This document shows, piece by piece, positions 55,471 through 64,000 of a DNA stretch of 64,000 nt. The position numbers and the translations under genes are program-made. The DNA comes from an uncultured Mycoplasmatota bacterium. GTDB taxonomy: Bacteria; Bacillota_I; Bacilli_A; RF39; UBA660. How positions within the stretch are numbered: position 1 is the stretch's first letter; each line of letters starts with the position of its first letter. The notes under the pieces were generated by a model. That model did no database searches, was not told the origin of the DNA, and saw only the letters and a list, made by a program, of their open reading frames with translations. The stretch is taken from the NCBI GenBank assembly GCA_946413985.1, contig CAMKMS010000001.1:76317-140316 (forward strand), read 5' to 3'.

Positions 55471-58400
55471 ATGGACACCTGAACAAGAAGAAGCTATTTA
55501 TAAAAGTGGATCTAATATTATAGTATCTGCTGGTGCTGGTAGTGGTAAAACTGCTGTATTATCAGAAAGAGTAATAAATAAGCTAAATGAAGGTATTCAT
55601 ATTAATGAATTACTAATACTAACATTTACAAATGCAGCAGCTAATGAAATGAAAGATAGAATTAGAAAAAAAATATCAAAAGATAATAATCTTAAAAAAG
55701 AACTCGAATTATTAACATCTTCATATATTACTACATTTGATTCTTTTGCTTTATCAGTATTAAGAAAATATCACTATATACTTAATATTTCAAATGATAT
55801 ATCTATTAGTGATGAATCAATAGTAAGATTAGAAGAAGAAAGAATAATAGATAGTATATTTGATGAATTATATGTTAGTAAAGATGAATCATTCTTGAAT
55901 TTAATTAGTAACTATTGCAATAAGAATGATAAGAAATTGCGTGATAATATTTTAAGAATAGCAAGAAAAATCAATTCAAATATTAATAGTTTAGAATATA
56001 TTGATAAAATTAAAAATGAGTTTTTTACTTCTGATTATATAGATAAAATAATTGATGAATATAATAGATTTATAAAAGATAAAAAAAGAGTAATAAAACT
56101 AGAAATAGATAATTTAAGTTATTATTTTGATAGCCAGTTTGTTTTAAAAATGGAAAATGCATGTAAAGAATTGCTTGATTCAAATACTAATGATTTGCAT
56201 TTATTTAGTGCTGTTAAGCTTCCTAATGTTCCAAGTAGAAGTAGTGAAGAAGCAAAAAGTGCAAAAAATAATATTAAATTATTAATTGATAAATTATTAA
56301 ATTATTCTAAATATGGTGATTATGAACAAATAAAATCATCTATTATGGGTTGCAAAGATAATATTTATTCAATACTAAATATAGTAGAAAAATATATTGA
56401 ATTATTAAATCAATATAAAAAAGAAAACAATATATATACATTTAATGATGTTGCATATTTATCTATTAAAATATTAAAAGAAAATAAGAGTATTAGAGAA
56501 GAAATAAAAAATTCTTTTAAAGAAATAATGATAGATGAATATCAAGATACTAATGATGTTCAAGATACATTTATCAATTTGATTAGTAATAATAATGTAT
56601 ATATGGTTGGTGATATAAAACAATCAATATATAAATTTAGAGGATCTAATCCAAATATATTTAAGGATAAATATGAAAACTATTCTAATAATAATGGCGG
56701 TATTAAAATTGATTTAGTTAAAAACTTTAGAAGTAGAGATGAAGTAGTTAATAATATTAATTCTATATTTGATTTACTTATGGATAATACTTTTGGGGGA
56801 GCAAATTATAAATTAAGTCATAGAATGGTATTTGGAAATAAAGACTATGAGTTAAATAAAATAGATAATTTAAAATACAACATAGATATATTTGAATATG
56901 AAAATGATAGTAAAGATTATACTAATACAGAAATAGAAATATTTAAAATAGCTAATGATATAAAAGAAAAAATGACATCTCATATAAAAGTATATGATAA
57001 AGATTTAAAGACTCTTAGAGATATTACTTATAATGATTTTGTTATTATTCTTGATAGAAGTGCATATTTTACTGATTATAAAAAAGTATTTGAATATATG
57101 GGTATACCACTAACTATTTTAAAAGATGAAGTATTAAATGCTAATAGTGATGTACTATTAATTAAAAACATTATAGATTTTGTAATAAGAATTAATAATA
57201 ATGATTTTGATATTGATTTTAAATATGATTTTGTTAGTATAGCTAGAAGTTTTTTATATGAATATTCTGACAATGAATTATTTGATATATTTACGAGTGG
57301 TTCATTTAAAGAAACAAGCATTTATAAAGATTTAAGTACGATAGATAATATTAATAGTATGACTTCTTCAGATATACTTGAAAGAGTTTTAGAAGTAACT
57401 AAATTTTATGATAAAATAAATAAAATTGGTGAATATGAAGAAGTAAATGTAAGATTAAATAACATATATAATATTGCTTCTAGTATTAATAGTTTAGGAT
57501 ATGATATTAATGATTTTATATTATATTTAGATAATATTATTAATAAAGGTATAGAAATTAAATATAGTGCTTATAATAGTAGTAGTGATTCGGTTAAAAT
57601 AATGACTATTCACAAATCTAAAGGACTTGAATTCCCAATATGTTATTTTGCAGATATTGATCATGATTTTAATACTCGAGAATTAAAAGATGAATTTATT
57701 GTATCAAATAACTATGGATTAATTGTTCCTTATGAAAATGAAAATAGTATTATAAAAGAATTATATAAACGAGAATTCTTAAATGAAGAAATAAGTGAAA
57801 AATTAAGATTATTCTATGTAGCGTTAACTAGAGCTCGTGAAAAAATAATAATAGTTCTTCCTTATAAAGACACAAAAAAATTAGAGAAGAATGAAAATGG
57901 TGTTATTGATGAAATAAGAAGACAAAATATTAAAAGCATTTCTGATTTTATTTACTATATTAAAGATTATTTAATAGACTATTTTAGTAGTGTTGATATT
58001 AATAAGTTAGGATTGTCAAAACAATATTTATTTAAGAAAAAAATAGACAGTAAATTTGATGAGTATAATAAGGATTTTATAGTAAATGAGATTACTAGTA
58101 GTAGTGAAGTAATTGATAATACACATTTTTCAAAAGAAACATCATCTTTCATTAGTAAGAATGAATATGATGTAATGAAATATGGTACTAAAGTACATGA
58201 AATATTAGAGTATTTAGATTTTAAAAATATTAATTTAGATTCTATAAAAGATAAATTTATTGTTAGTAAAATAAAATCTCTAATTAATAATGAAATATTT
58301 AAAAATATAAAAGATGCAAAGATTTATAAAGAATATGAATTTAATTATATAAAAGACAATATTGAATATAATGGTATTATTGACTTATTGCTTGAATATG

Positions 58401-58564
58401 ATAATTATATAGATATTGTTGATTATAAATTAAAAGATATTAATGATGAAAGATATATTAATCAATTAAATGGATATAAAAATTATATTGAAAGTATTTC
58501 TGATAAAAAAGTAAATCTATATTTATATTCAATAATGGATGAAAAAATAAAATCAATTGATTAA
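55460..58564 (+). CDS. addA: AddA/RexA-type ATP-dependent helicase-nuclease subunit (UvrD/PcrA superfamily 1)
   Basis: Walker A AGAGSGKTAVL, IDEYQDTN, VGDIKQSIYKFRG, TIHKSKGLEFP, LFYVALTRAR, and C-terminal nuclease GIIDLL...VDYKL. ATG at 55460 after GGAGG. Confidence 0.85.
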   Translation: MMNKWTPEQEEAIYKSGSNIIVSAGAGSGKTAVLSERVINKLNEGIHINELLILTFTNAAANEMKDRIRKKISKDNNLKKELELLTSSYITTFDSFALSVLRKYHYILNISNDISISDESIVRLEEERIIDSIFDELYVSKDESFLNLISNYCNKNDKKLRDNILRIARKINSNINSLEYIDKIKNEFFTSDYIDKIIDEYNRFIKDKKRVIKLEIDNLSYYFDSQFVLKMENACKELLDSNTNDLHLFSAVKLPNVPSRSSEEAKSAKNNIKLLIDKLLNYSKYGDYEQIKSSIMGCKDNIYSILNIVEKYIELLNQYKKENNIYTFNDVAYLSIKILKENKSIREEIKNSFKEIMIDEYQDTNDVQDTFINLISNNNVYMVGDIKQSIYKFRGSNPNIFKDKYENYSNNNGGIKIDLVKNFRSRDEVVNNINSIFDLLMDNTFGGANYKLSHRMVFGNKDYELNKIDNLKYNIDIFEYENDSKDYTNTEIEIFKIANDIKEKMTSHIKVYDKDLKTLRDITYNDFVIILDRSAYFTDYKKVFEYMGIPLTILKDEVLNANSDVLLIKNIIDFVIRINNNDFDIDFKYDFVSIARSFLYEYSDNELFDIFTSGSFKETSIYKDLSTIDNINSMTSSDILERVLEVTKFYDKINKIGEYEEVNVRLNNIYNIASSINSLGYDINDFILYLDNIINKGIEIKYSAYNSSSDSVKIMTIHKSKGLEFPICYFADIDHDFNTRELKDEFIVSNNYGLIVPYENENSIIKELYKREFLNEEISEKLRLFYVALTRAREKIIIVLPYKDTKKLEKNENGVIDEIRRQNIKSISDFIYYIKDYLIDYFSSVDINKLGLSKQYLFKKKIDSKFDEYNKDFIVNEITSSSEVIDNTHFSKETSSFISKNEYDVMKYGTKVHEILEYLDFKNINLDSIKDKFIVSKIKSLINNEIFKNIKDAKIYKEYEFNYIKDNIEYNGIIDLLLEYDNYIDIVDYKLKDINDERYINQLNGYKNYIESISDKKVNLYLYSIMDEKIKSID

Positions 58565-58622
58565 AAAGGAATTGTTTTCAATTCTTTTTTATATATGGTA
58601 GAATATTCTAAGAGGTAATATT

Positions 58623-59978
58623 ATGAAAATAATTGTTGTTGGAATTGGAAAACTTGGTGATTACTTATCTAAAAGTTTAGTACGTGATTTAAACGATGTT
58701 ACTTTGGTTGATGTAGATTTTGAGGGTAGTAGAACTCTTATAAATAATGAAGATGTTAATTATGTTACAGGCAATGGACTTAGTGCTGATATTTTAATAG
58801 AAGCTGGAGTTAAAAAATGTGACTTATTAATATCTGTTATGGATAGTGATGAAAAGAATATTATTTGTTCTCTTCTTGCAAAAAAATTAGGAGCAAAAAA
58901 TACAATTGCTAGAATTCGCGATAAAGATAATAATAATTCAGTCTATTTACTAAAAAAAGAAATTGGTATTTCATATATAGTAAATCCTGAGTATTTGACC
59001 GCTTTAAATATTGCAAAAGTATTAAGTATTCCTAGTGCTTTAGAAGCAACTACTTTTTTAAGAGGAAGACTTCAAATGATTTCTTTAAAGATTAAAGAAG
59101 ATAGTGTTTTAAATGGAATAACAATTAATAGTTTAATCAAAAAATGTAATTCAGAAATAATTATATGTGCTGTTTTAAGAGACGGAGTAACCACTATTCC
59201 AAAAGGTAGTTTTAAATTAAAAGTAAATGATAAAATAAATGTTGTTGGAACAATTAAAGATATAAAGATTTTTTTAGAGTATGCTGATTTAATCAGTGAA
59301 CCAACTAAAAAAGTAATTATAGCTGGTGGAGGAACAACAAGTTTTTATCTTGCAAAATTTTTGCTTGATATGAATATGAAAGTTAAAATAATAGAAATAA
59401 ATCAAGATAGATGTAAACAATTAAGTGAATCATTAGATAAAGCATTAATAATTAATGCTGATATTTCAAATCAAAATGTTTTATATGAAGAAGGTATAGA
59501 GGAAACTGATGCTTTTATTTCTCTTACAAGTATTGACGAAGAAAATATTGTTTATTCTATGTTTGCATCATTAAAGAAAGTTCCTCGTATTATAACTAAG
59601 GTTAATCATATTGATTTGGATGGTGTTATTGAGGCATCTAATATTGATACTGTAATAACACCTCATAGAATAGCTACTGATAGTATTGTTAAATTTGTAA
59701 GAGCTCTTAAGAATAGTAAAAAGAGTAGTTGTGAAGCATTATATACTTTTGATGATGATAGTTTTGAAATACAAGAATTTAGTATAAAAGATGATTTTAA
59801 GGAACTAGATACTAAAATAAAAGATATGCATTTAAAAGAAAGTGTTTTAATTATAGCAATTCAAAGAGGAAGGAATATTATAATTCCTAATGGTAATACT
59901 GTTATAAAGGAAAATGATACTATAGTTTTAATAGATAATAGTGATCAATTAAAGAATATAAATGATATATTGGAGTAA
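58623..59978 (+). CDS. trkA: Trk potassium uptake system NAD-binding subunit TrkA
   Basis: Two Rossmann-type modules (MKIIVVGIGKLG and VIIAGGGTTS), each followed by a TrkA-C-like segment. SD AGAGGT. Confidence 0.85.
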   Translation: MKIIVVGIGKLGDYLSKSLVRDLNDVTLVDVDFEGSRTLINNEDVNYVTGNGLSADILIEAGVKKCDLLISVMDSDEKNIICSLLAKKLGAKNTIARIRDKDNNNSVYLLKKEIGISYIVNPEYLTALNIAKVLSIPSALEATTFLRGRLQMISLKIKEDSVLNGITINSLIKKCNSEIIICAVLRDGVTTIPKGSFKLKVNDKINVVGTIKDIKIFLEYADLISEPTKKVIIAGGGTTSFYLAKFLLDMNMKVKIIEINQDRCKQLSESLDKALIINADISNQNVLYEEGIEETDAFISLTSIDEENIVYSMFASLKKVPRIITKVNHIDLDGVIEASNIDTVITPHRIATDSIVKFVRALKNSKKSSCEALYTFDDDSFEIQEFSIKDDFKELDTKIKDMHLKESVLIIAIQRGRNIIIPNGNTVIKENDTIVLIDNSDQLKNINDILE

Positions 59979-59981
59979 AAA

Positions 59982-61397
59982 GTGAAAAACAAAATAATAT
60001 ATAAATATGTTGGTAAAGTATTAATTACTTTTTCTATTTTAATGGTTTTGCCTATTATAGTATGTTTAGTATATAAAGAAAATATTTCTTACTTTTTATA
60101 TCCTGCTATAATGTGTTTTTTGACAGGCTTATTATTAAGTAGAATTAAAGTTGAAAAAAAATATATATATGCAAAAGATGGTTTTATAATAGTATCTTTA
60201 TCATGGATACTAATATCTCTTTTTGGATCTATTCCTTTATCACTAAGTAAATCTACTGATGTGGTTAGTTCAATATTTGAAGCAATATCCGCTCTTACTA
60301 CAACAGGAAGTACTGTTTTTGAAGATGTTGAAAGTCTTGCTCATTCAATACTATTTTGGAGAAGTTATATGCATTTTATTGGTGGTATGGGTATTATTAC
60401 TTTTGTAATGGCTATAGTTCCTCTTTCTAAAAATGATAAATCCATGCATTTACTTAATGCTGAAATGCCTGGTAATAATAGTGAAAAAATAGTAGCAAGT
60501 ACAAAAAAGATGTTATTATATTTATACTGCATTTATTTTGGACTTACAATAAGCGAGATAATATTACTTGGACTTGGTGGAGTTAAATTTTTTGATAGCT
60601 TATTAATTAGTATGTCTACAACTAGTACTGGTGGCCTTACATTTATGAATAATAGTTTAGCAACACTTTCTTCCTATTCTAAATTAATTGTAGCAATATT
60701 TATGTTTTTGAGTGGTGTTAACTTTAATATATATTTTTTATTAATTATTAAAAAGTTTAAAAATGCATTTAAGAGTGAAGAATTTAAAGTATATGTTGTT
60801 ATGGCAATAATATCAGTTTTCTTTGTGTTTATTAACACATATAAGTTATATAATTCTTTCTTAAGTGGCGCTTTAAATTCATTATTTCATACATTATCTA
60901 TAATGACTAGTACAGGTTTTTCTATAAGTAACATTAATGTTTATCCATCATCTTGTAGAGTACTATTATTATTCTTAATGTTAGTTAGTGCATGTGGGGG
61001 TAGTACTTGTGGAGGATTTAAAATATCAAGATTAATTCTTATGTTTAAAACTATAAAAAGAGATATATTAAAAATAATACATCCTAATAGTATTCATGTA
61101 ATAAAAGTTGATAATAAGAGCGTTAGTGATGAAGTGATAAATAGTAATAATACATTTTTATTTTTATATGCAACTTTAATTGTTATTATTATGTTTATAG
61201 TTAGTTTGAATGGTTTTAATTTTGATGTTACTTTAAATTCAGTATTTAGTACTTTTGCTAATACTGGATTATGTTTTAATATATATAATTATGCAGATTT
61301 TAGTAGTTTATCTAAAATAGCACTTTCTATTGGGATGTTGCTTGGAAGACTTGAAATTTTCCCATTAATAGTTTTATTTAGTGATTTAAGAAAATAA
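59982..61397 (+). CDS. trkH: Trk-type potassium transporter membrane subunit TrkH
   Basis: 471 aa, polytopic, with repeated selectivity-filter-like TTTG/TSTGG/TSTG/NTG loops. GTG start after GGAG. Confidence 0.8.
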   Translation: MKNKIIYKYVGKVLITFSILMVLPIIVCLVYKENISYFLYPAIMCFLTGLLLSRIKVEKKYIYAKDGFIIVSLSWILISLFGSIPLSLSKSTDVVSSIFEAISALTTTGSTVFEDVESLAHSILFWRSYMHFIGGMGIITFVMAIVPLSKNDKSMHLLNAEMPGNNSEKIVASTKKMLLYLYCIYFGLTISEIILLGLGGVKFFDSLLISMSTTSTGGLTFMNNSLATLSSYSKLIVAIFMFLSGVNFNIYFLLIIKKFKNAFKSEEFKVYVVMAIISVFFVFINTYKLYNSFLSGALNSLFHTLSIMTSTGFSISNINVYPSSCRVLLLFLMLVSACGGSTCGGFKISRLILMFKTIKRDILKIIHPNSIHVIKVDNKSVSDEVINSNNTFLFLYATLIVIIMFIVSLNGFNFDVTLNSVFSTFANTGLCFNIYNYADFSSLSKIALSIGMLLGRLEIFPLIVLFSDLRK

Positions 61398-61427
61398 ATT
61401 ATGATATAATTAGTAAGAGAGTGAAAT

Positions 61428-62486
61428 ATGGATATTTATGATTATGTAAGAAAATATGGAGATTTAACTTTTGAAGAAAAAGAGTTTAATGATATAGATA
61501 ATCTTGTTTTTTCTATGCTTGCATATTTAAATTATACTGATACAAGTATTAATATTAAAAATCATACTATTGAATATATAGCACATGAATATTTTAAACT
61601 AAATAAATATTCAGATGTTAGAAGACTTGGTATTGCACAGAGAGATGCATATAAAATGCTTAGCGAAGTAGTTAAAACAAAAAGATATAAAGATTTAATT
61701 ATTCATGATTATATTTATAATGTTAATATAAATAAACAGTTTAGTGCTATGATGTTTAAAATAAATGATAAGCTTGAATATATTAGTTTTGAAGGAACAG
61801 ATGAAGTTATTAGTGGGTGGAAAGAAGATTTATATTTATCCTGTGTTTTTCCAATTCCTTCTCAAAGAGATGCAATTAATTATGCAAATAAACATATTAA
61901 AATGTTTGGACCAAATGTAATAATAGGAGGACATTCTAAGGGTGGAAATTTAGCACTTGTTGCTTCTATGTATACAAATGTATTAAAACAATTTAGAATT
62001 AAAAAGGTATATAATAATGATGGACCAGGATTAAGACTTAGAGAATTTAATTCAAAAGAATATAGAAGAATTAAAAGAAAATACATGCATATTGTGCCAG
62101 AACATAGTATGGTTGGAATACTTCTTAGAAATGACATTTATAATGTAGTTAAATCTACTAGAAATAATATATTTGCTCATGCAATTGCAACATGGATAAT
62201 TCATGATGATATATTAGTTGAATCTGGTTTATCAACAAAAAGTAGAGAACTAGAAAAGAATATTATTTCATGGTTAATGAATCATAGTGATATTGAGAAA
62301 GACAAAATAGTTACTGAATTATTTAATGCAATTGAACATGCTGATATAGAGAATTTACAAGATGTAAACAATGTTTTAAAATTTTTTAAGTTAATTAATA
62401 ATATTAGAAATATTGATGATGAAACTAAACAATTAATAATAAGTTTAATTAAAGAAAGCATTATAAAAATTAACAGAGATGAATAA
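61428..62486 (+). CDS. DUF2974 (Mbeg1-like) alpha/beta-hydrolase-fold protein
   Basis: Signature GGHSKGGNLA nucleophile elbow, preceded by ISFEGTD. TGATATAAT at 61402-61410. Confidence 0.7.
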   Translation: MDIYDYVRKYGDLTFEEKEFNDIDNLVFSMLAYLNYTDTSINIKNHTIEYIAHEYFKLNKYSDVRRLGIAQRDAYKMLSEVVKTKRYKDLIIHDYIYNVNINKQFSAMMFKINDKLEYISFEGTDEVISGWKEDLYLSCVFPIPSQRDAINYANKHIKMFGPNVIIGGHSKGGNLALVASMYTNVLKQFRIKKVYNNDGPGLRLREFNSKEYRRIKRKYMHIVPEHSMVGILLRNDIYNVVKSTRNNIFAHAIATWIIHDDILVESGLSTKSRELEKNIISWLMNHSDIEKDKIVTELFNAIEHADIENLQDVNNVLKFFKLINNIRNIDDETKQLIISLIKESIIKINRDE

Positions 62487-62529
62487 TCTCTTTTTTTATG
62501 ATATAATTTTTATAGTAGAGGTAGTTAAA

Positions 62530-63237
62530 GTGAAAAAAGTATTAAAAAACTTATTAATAATCATTATATGCTTTATTGTTTGTGCATGTTCTGTTAAAAA
62601 TGAAAATACTATTACTATTGATAAAAATGGTAAGTTTACTTATAATGTTATAGTAGCATTTGATAAGTCATTAATAGAAACTTTAATTAAAACTGATATT
62701 ATTAAAACTAATAAAGATGTTGAAAAATATATTAATGATAATATAAAAGATAATTATTTAGATGGATTTACAAAAAAAGAATATAGTAATGAAGAGTATG
62801 TTGGAAATGAATATGTTTATGAAGTAGATAATATTGATAATATTTCTACTACAAGTAATATAGCTGTTATTTTAAATAAGAATTCTGTAGTTGGAACAAA
62901 TATGTTTAAGAAAAAAGATGGGGTTTATAGGGCTAATTTTTTATATAATTTAAATGATAAATATAATTATAAAGATGTTGATTTTTTAAATACTTTTACT
63001 GTTAATTTACCAGTAAAAGCTTTATCATCAAATGCAGATCAGATATTAAATGATGGTAAAACATTAGTATGGAATATAAAAAATGGTGATAGTAAAGCTA
63101 TTAATTTCCAATTTAGTTTTGATAATATTAAATCATCTGTTTCATATGGCTTTATAATAATAGATGTATTAATTATAGCTGTATTTGTCATTGTATTAAT
63201 AAAAAGGAAGAGGGAAAATGAAGAAGAGATTGATTAA
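62530..63237 (+). CDS. Lipoprotein with a C-terminal TM anchor; paralogue of the 51718 gene
   Basis: GTG at 62530 after AGAGGTA. Lipobox FIVCAC. C-terminal TM followed by KRKR. TGATATAAT at 62499-62507. Confidence 0.55.
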   Translation: MKKVLKNLLIIIICFIVCACSVKNENTITIDKNGKFTYNVIVAFDKSLIETLIKTDIIKTNKDVEKYINDNIKDNYLDGFTKKEYSNEEYVGNEYVYEVDNIDNISTTSNIAVILNKNSVVGTNMFKKKDGVYRANFLYNLNDKYNYKDVDFLNTFTVNLPVKALSSNADQILNDGKTLVWNIKNGDSKAINFQFSFDNIKSSVSYGFIIIDVLIIAVFVIVLIKRKRENEEEID

Positions 63238-64000
63238 GGGAACAATAACTCTTTTAGCAATATTATTAACATATTTAATAATAGATAATATGTTTTTTCC
63301 TACATCTATTTCATATAGTGAAAAGTATCATAATGATATGATTAGTGTAAAAGATAATGTTATTTATATTGATTATAATATGGCAAATTTGTTTTTAGAG
63401 GATGTAAGTGGATATATTAATTATAATAATGATTTATCTAAAATATATAATAATATAATTGATAAATATTTTAAAAAGAAAAATATTAAATGTTATGAAG
63501 AAAATAAGTATCAAGTATTAGAAATTAAATATAAAAAGAAGGAAGCTAAGGAATTATTTAGTAAGTATATAAAAGTAGATAAAGATATTATAGTTAAAGT
63601 ATTATTTAATAAAAATTGGAATTTAAAAAATATTGATATAGCTAGTGTTGATTATAAAATAAATAGAGAAGAAATAATTAGAAATAATGTAGTCAATGTT
63701 GCTAAGAATGAAATTGGTAATCATGGAAGTAAATATTGGCAATGGTATGGAGTTAATTACCATATGGAATGGTGTTGTGTTTTTGTAAGTTATGTTGCAA
63801 GTCAAAGCAATGTTATGGAAACATATATTCCAAGATTTGGTGGGGTTAGTGCAGGAATAAGATATTTTAAAAGCAAAGGTCAATTTAAGTATAAAAGTGA
63901 ATATACTCCAAAAAAAGGAGATGTTATATTCTTTGATTTCCCAAGTGAACATTTAGTTGATCATGTTGGTATTGTTGAAAAAGTAGAAAATGGAATGGTA
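63218..64000 (+). CDS. CHAP-domain cell-wall hydrolase, 3'-truncated by the window edge (not in the ORF track)
   Basis: ATG at 63218 after GGAAGAGGGA. 261 open codons run to the edge. N-terminal anchor, then CHAP motifs YWQWYG...MEWCCVFVSYV (Cys nucleophile) and LVDHVGIV (His). Confidence 0.7.
   Translation, partial: MKKRLIKGTITLLAILLTYLIIDNMFFPTSISYSEKYHNDMISVKDNVIYIDYNMANLFLEDVSGYINYNNDLSKIYNNIIDKYFKKKNIKCYEENKYQVLEIKYKKKEAKELFSKYIKVDKDIIVKVLFNKNWNLKNIDIASVDYKINREEIIRNNVVNVAKNEIGNHGSKYWQWYGVNYHMEWCCVFVSYVASQSNVMETYIPRFGGVSAGIRYFKSKGQFKYKSEYTPKKGDVIFFDFPSEHLVDHVGIVEKVENGMV

Noticed and set aside
63623-63952. ORF 63623-63952(-)
   Set aside because: It is antisense to an open frame (63218 to the window end) that has an SD and CHAP-domain Cys/His motifs. 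That plus-strand gene was missed by the track only because it has no stop codon inside the window.

Overview
By eye this window is well under one-third G+C and densely packed with genes. It looks like a chromosomal segment of a low-GC Gram-positive bacterium (Bacillota, Erysipelotrichia/Clostridia-like). The standard genetic code applies: TGA acts as a stop and Trp is TGG. I support about 60 CDS and two tRNAs (Cys-GCA, Gly-GCC). There are many hairpin plus T-run terminators and a recurring TGaTATAAT extended -10 promoter. I saw no rRNA, CRISPR array, transposase or integrase.

Recognisable housekeeping genes:
- Nucleotide and ion metabolism: dCMP deaminase, Ca-type P-type ATPase, uracil permease plus UPRT, CBS-type family II pyrophosphatase, guanylate kinase, TrkAH.
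- RNA and DNA processing: RNase II/R-like, QueH, Ogg, RlmI-like methyltransferase, RluA-family synthase, AddAB.
- Envelope: LtaS-family enzyme, PAP2 phosphatases, GT4 glycosyltransferase, DAACS transporter.
- Uncharacterised family: DUF1846.

The rest is envelope or accessory content: LysM, GH25, CHAP, a sortase substrate, lipoproteins and pilin-like proteins.

Most interesting observations:
1. An ABC-F ATPase fused in frame to an APH-type kinase. It sits behind a leader-peptide attenuator, next to tetR and a cluster of rRNA-modification genes that includes a divergent Erm/KsgA-like paralogue.
2. A 718-aa protein with an adenosine-deaminase fold, translationally coupled to the CBS-pyrophosphatase gene.
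3. A secreted protein with 31 cysteines, a pilin-like N-terminus and tandem repeats, followed directly by a membrane-anchored thioredoxin.
4. A pyrBI-style leader ORF and terminator upstream of uraA-upp.
5. Three apparently leaderless genes.
6. A decayed patch holding a frameshifted HExxH peptidase and a duplicated gene tail.

All functional calls come from motif reading only. No searches were run.
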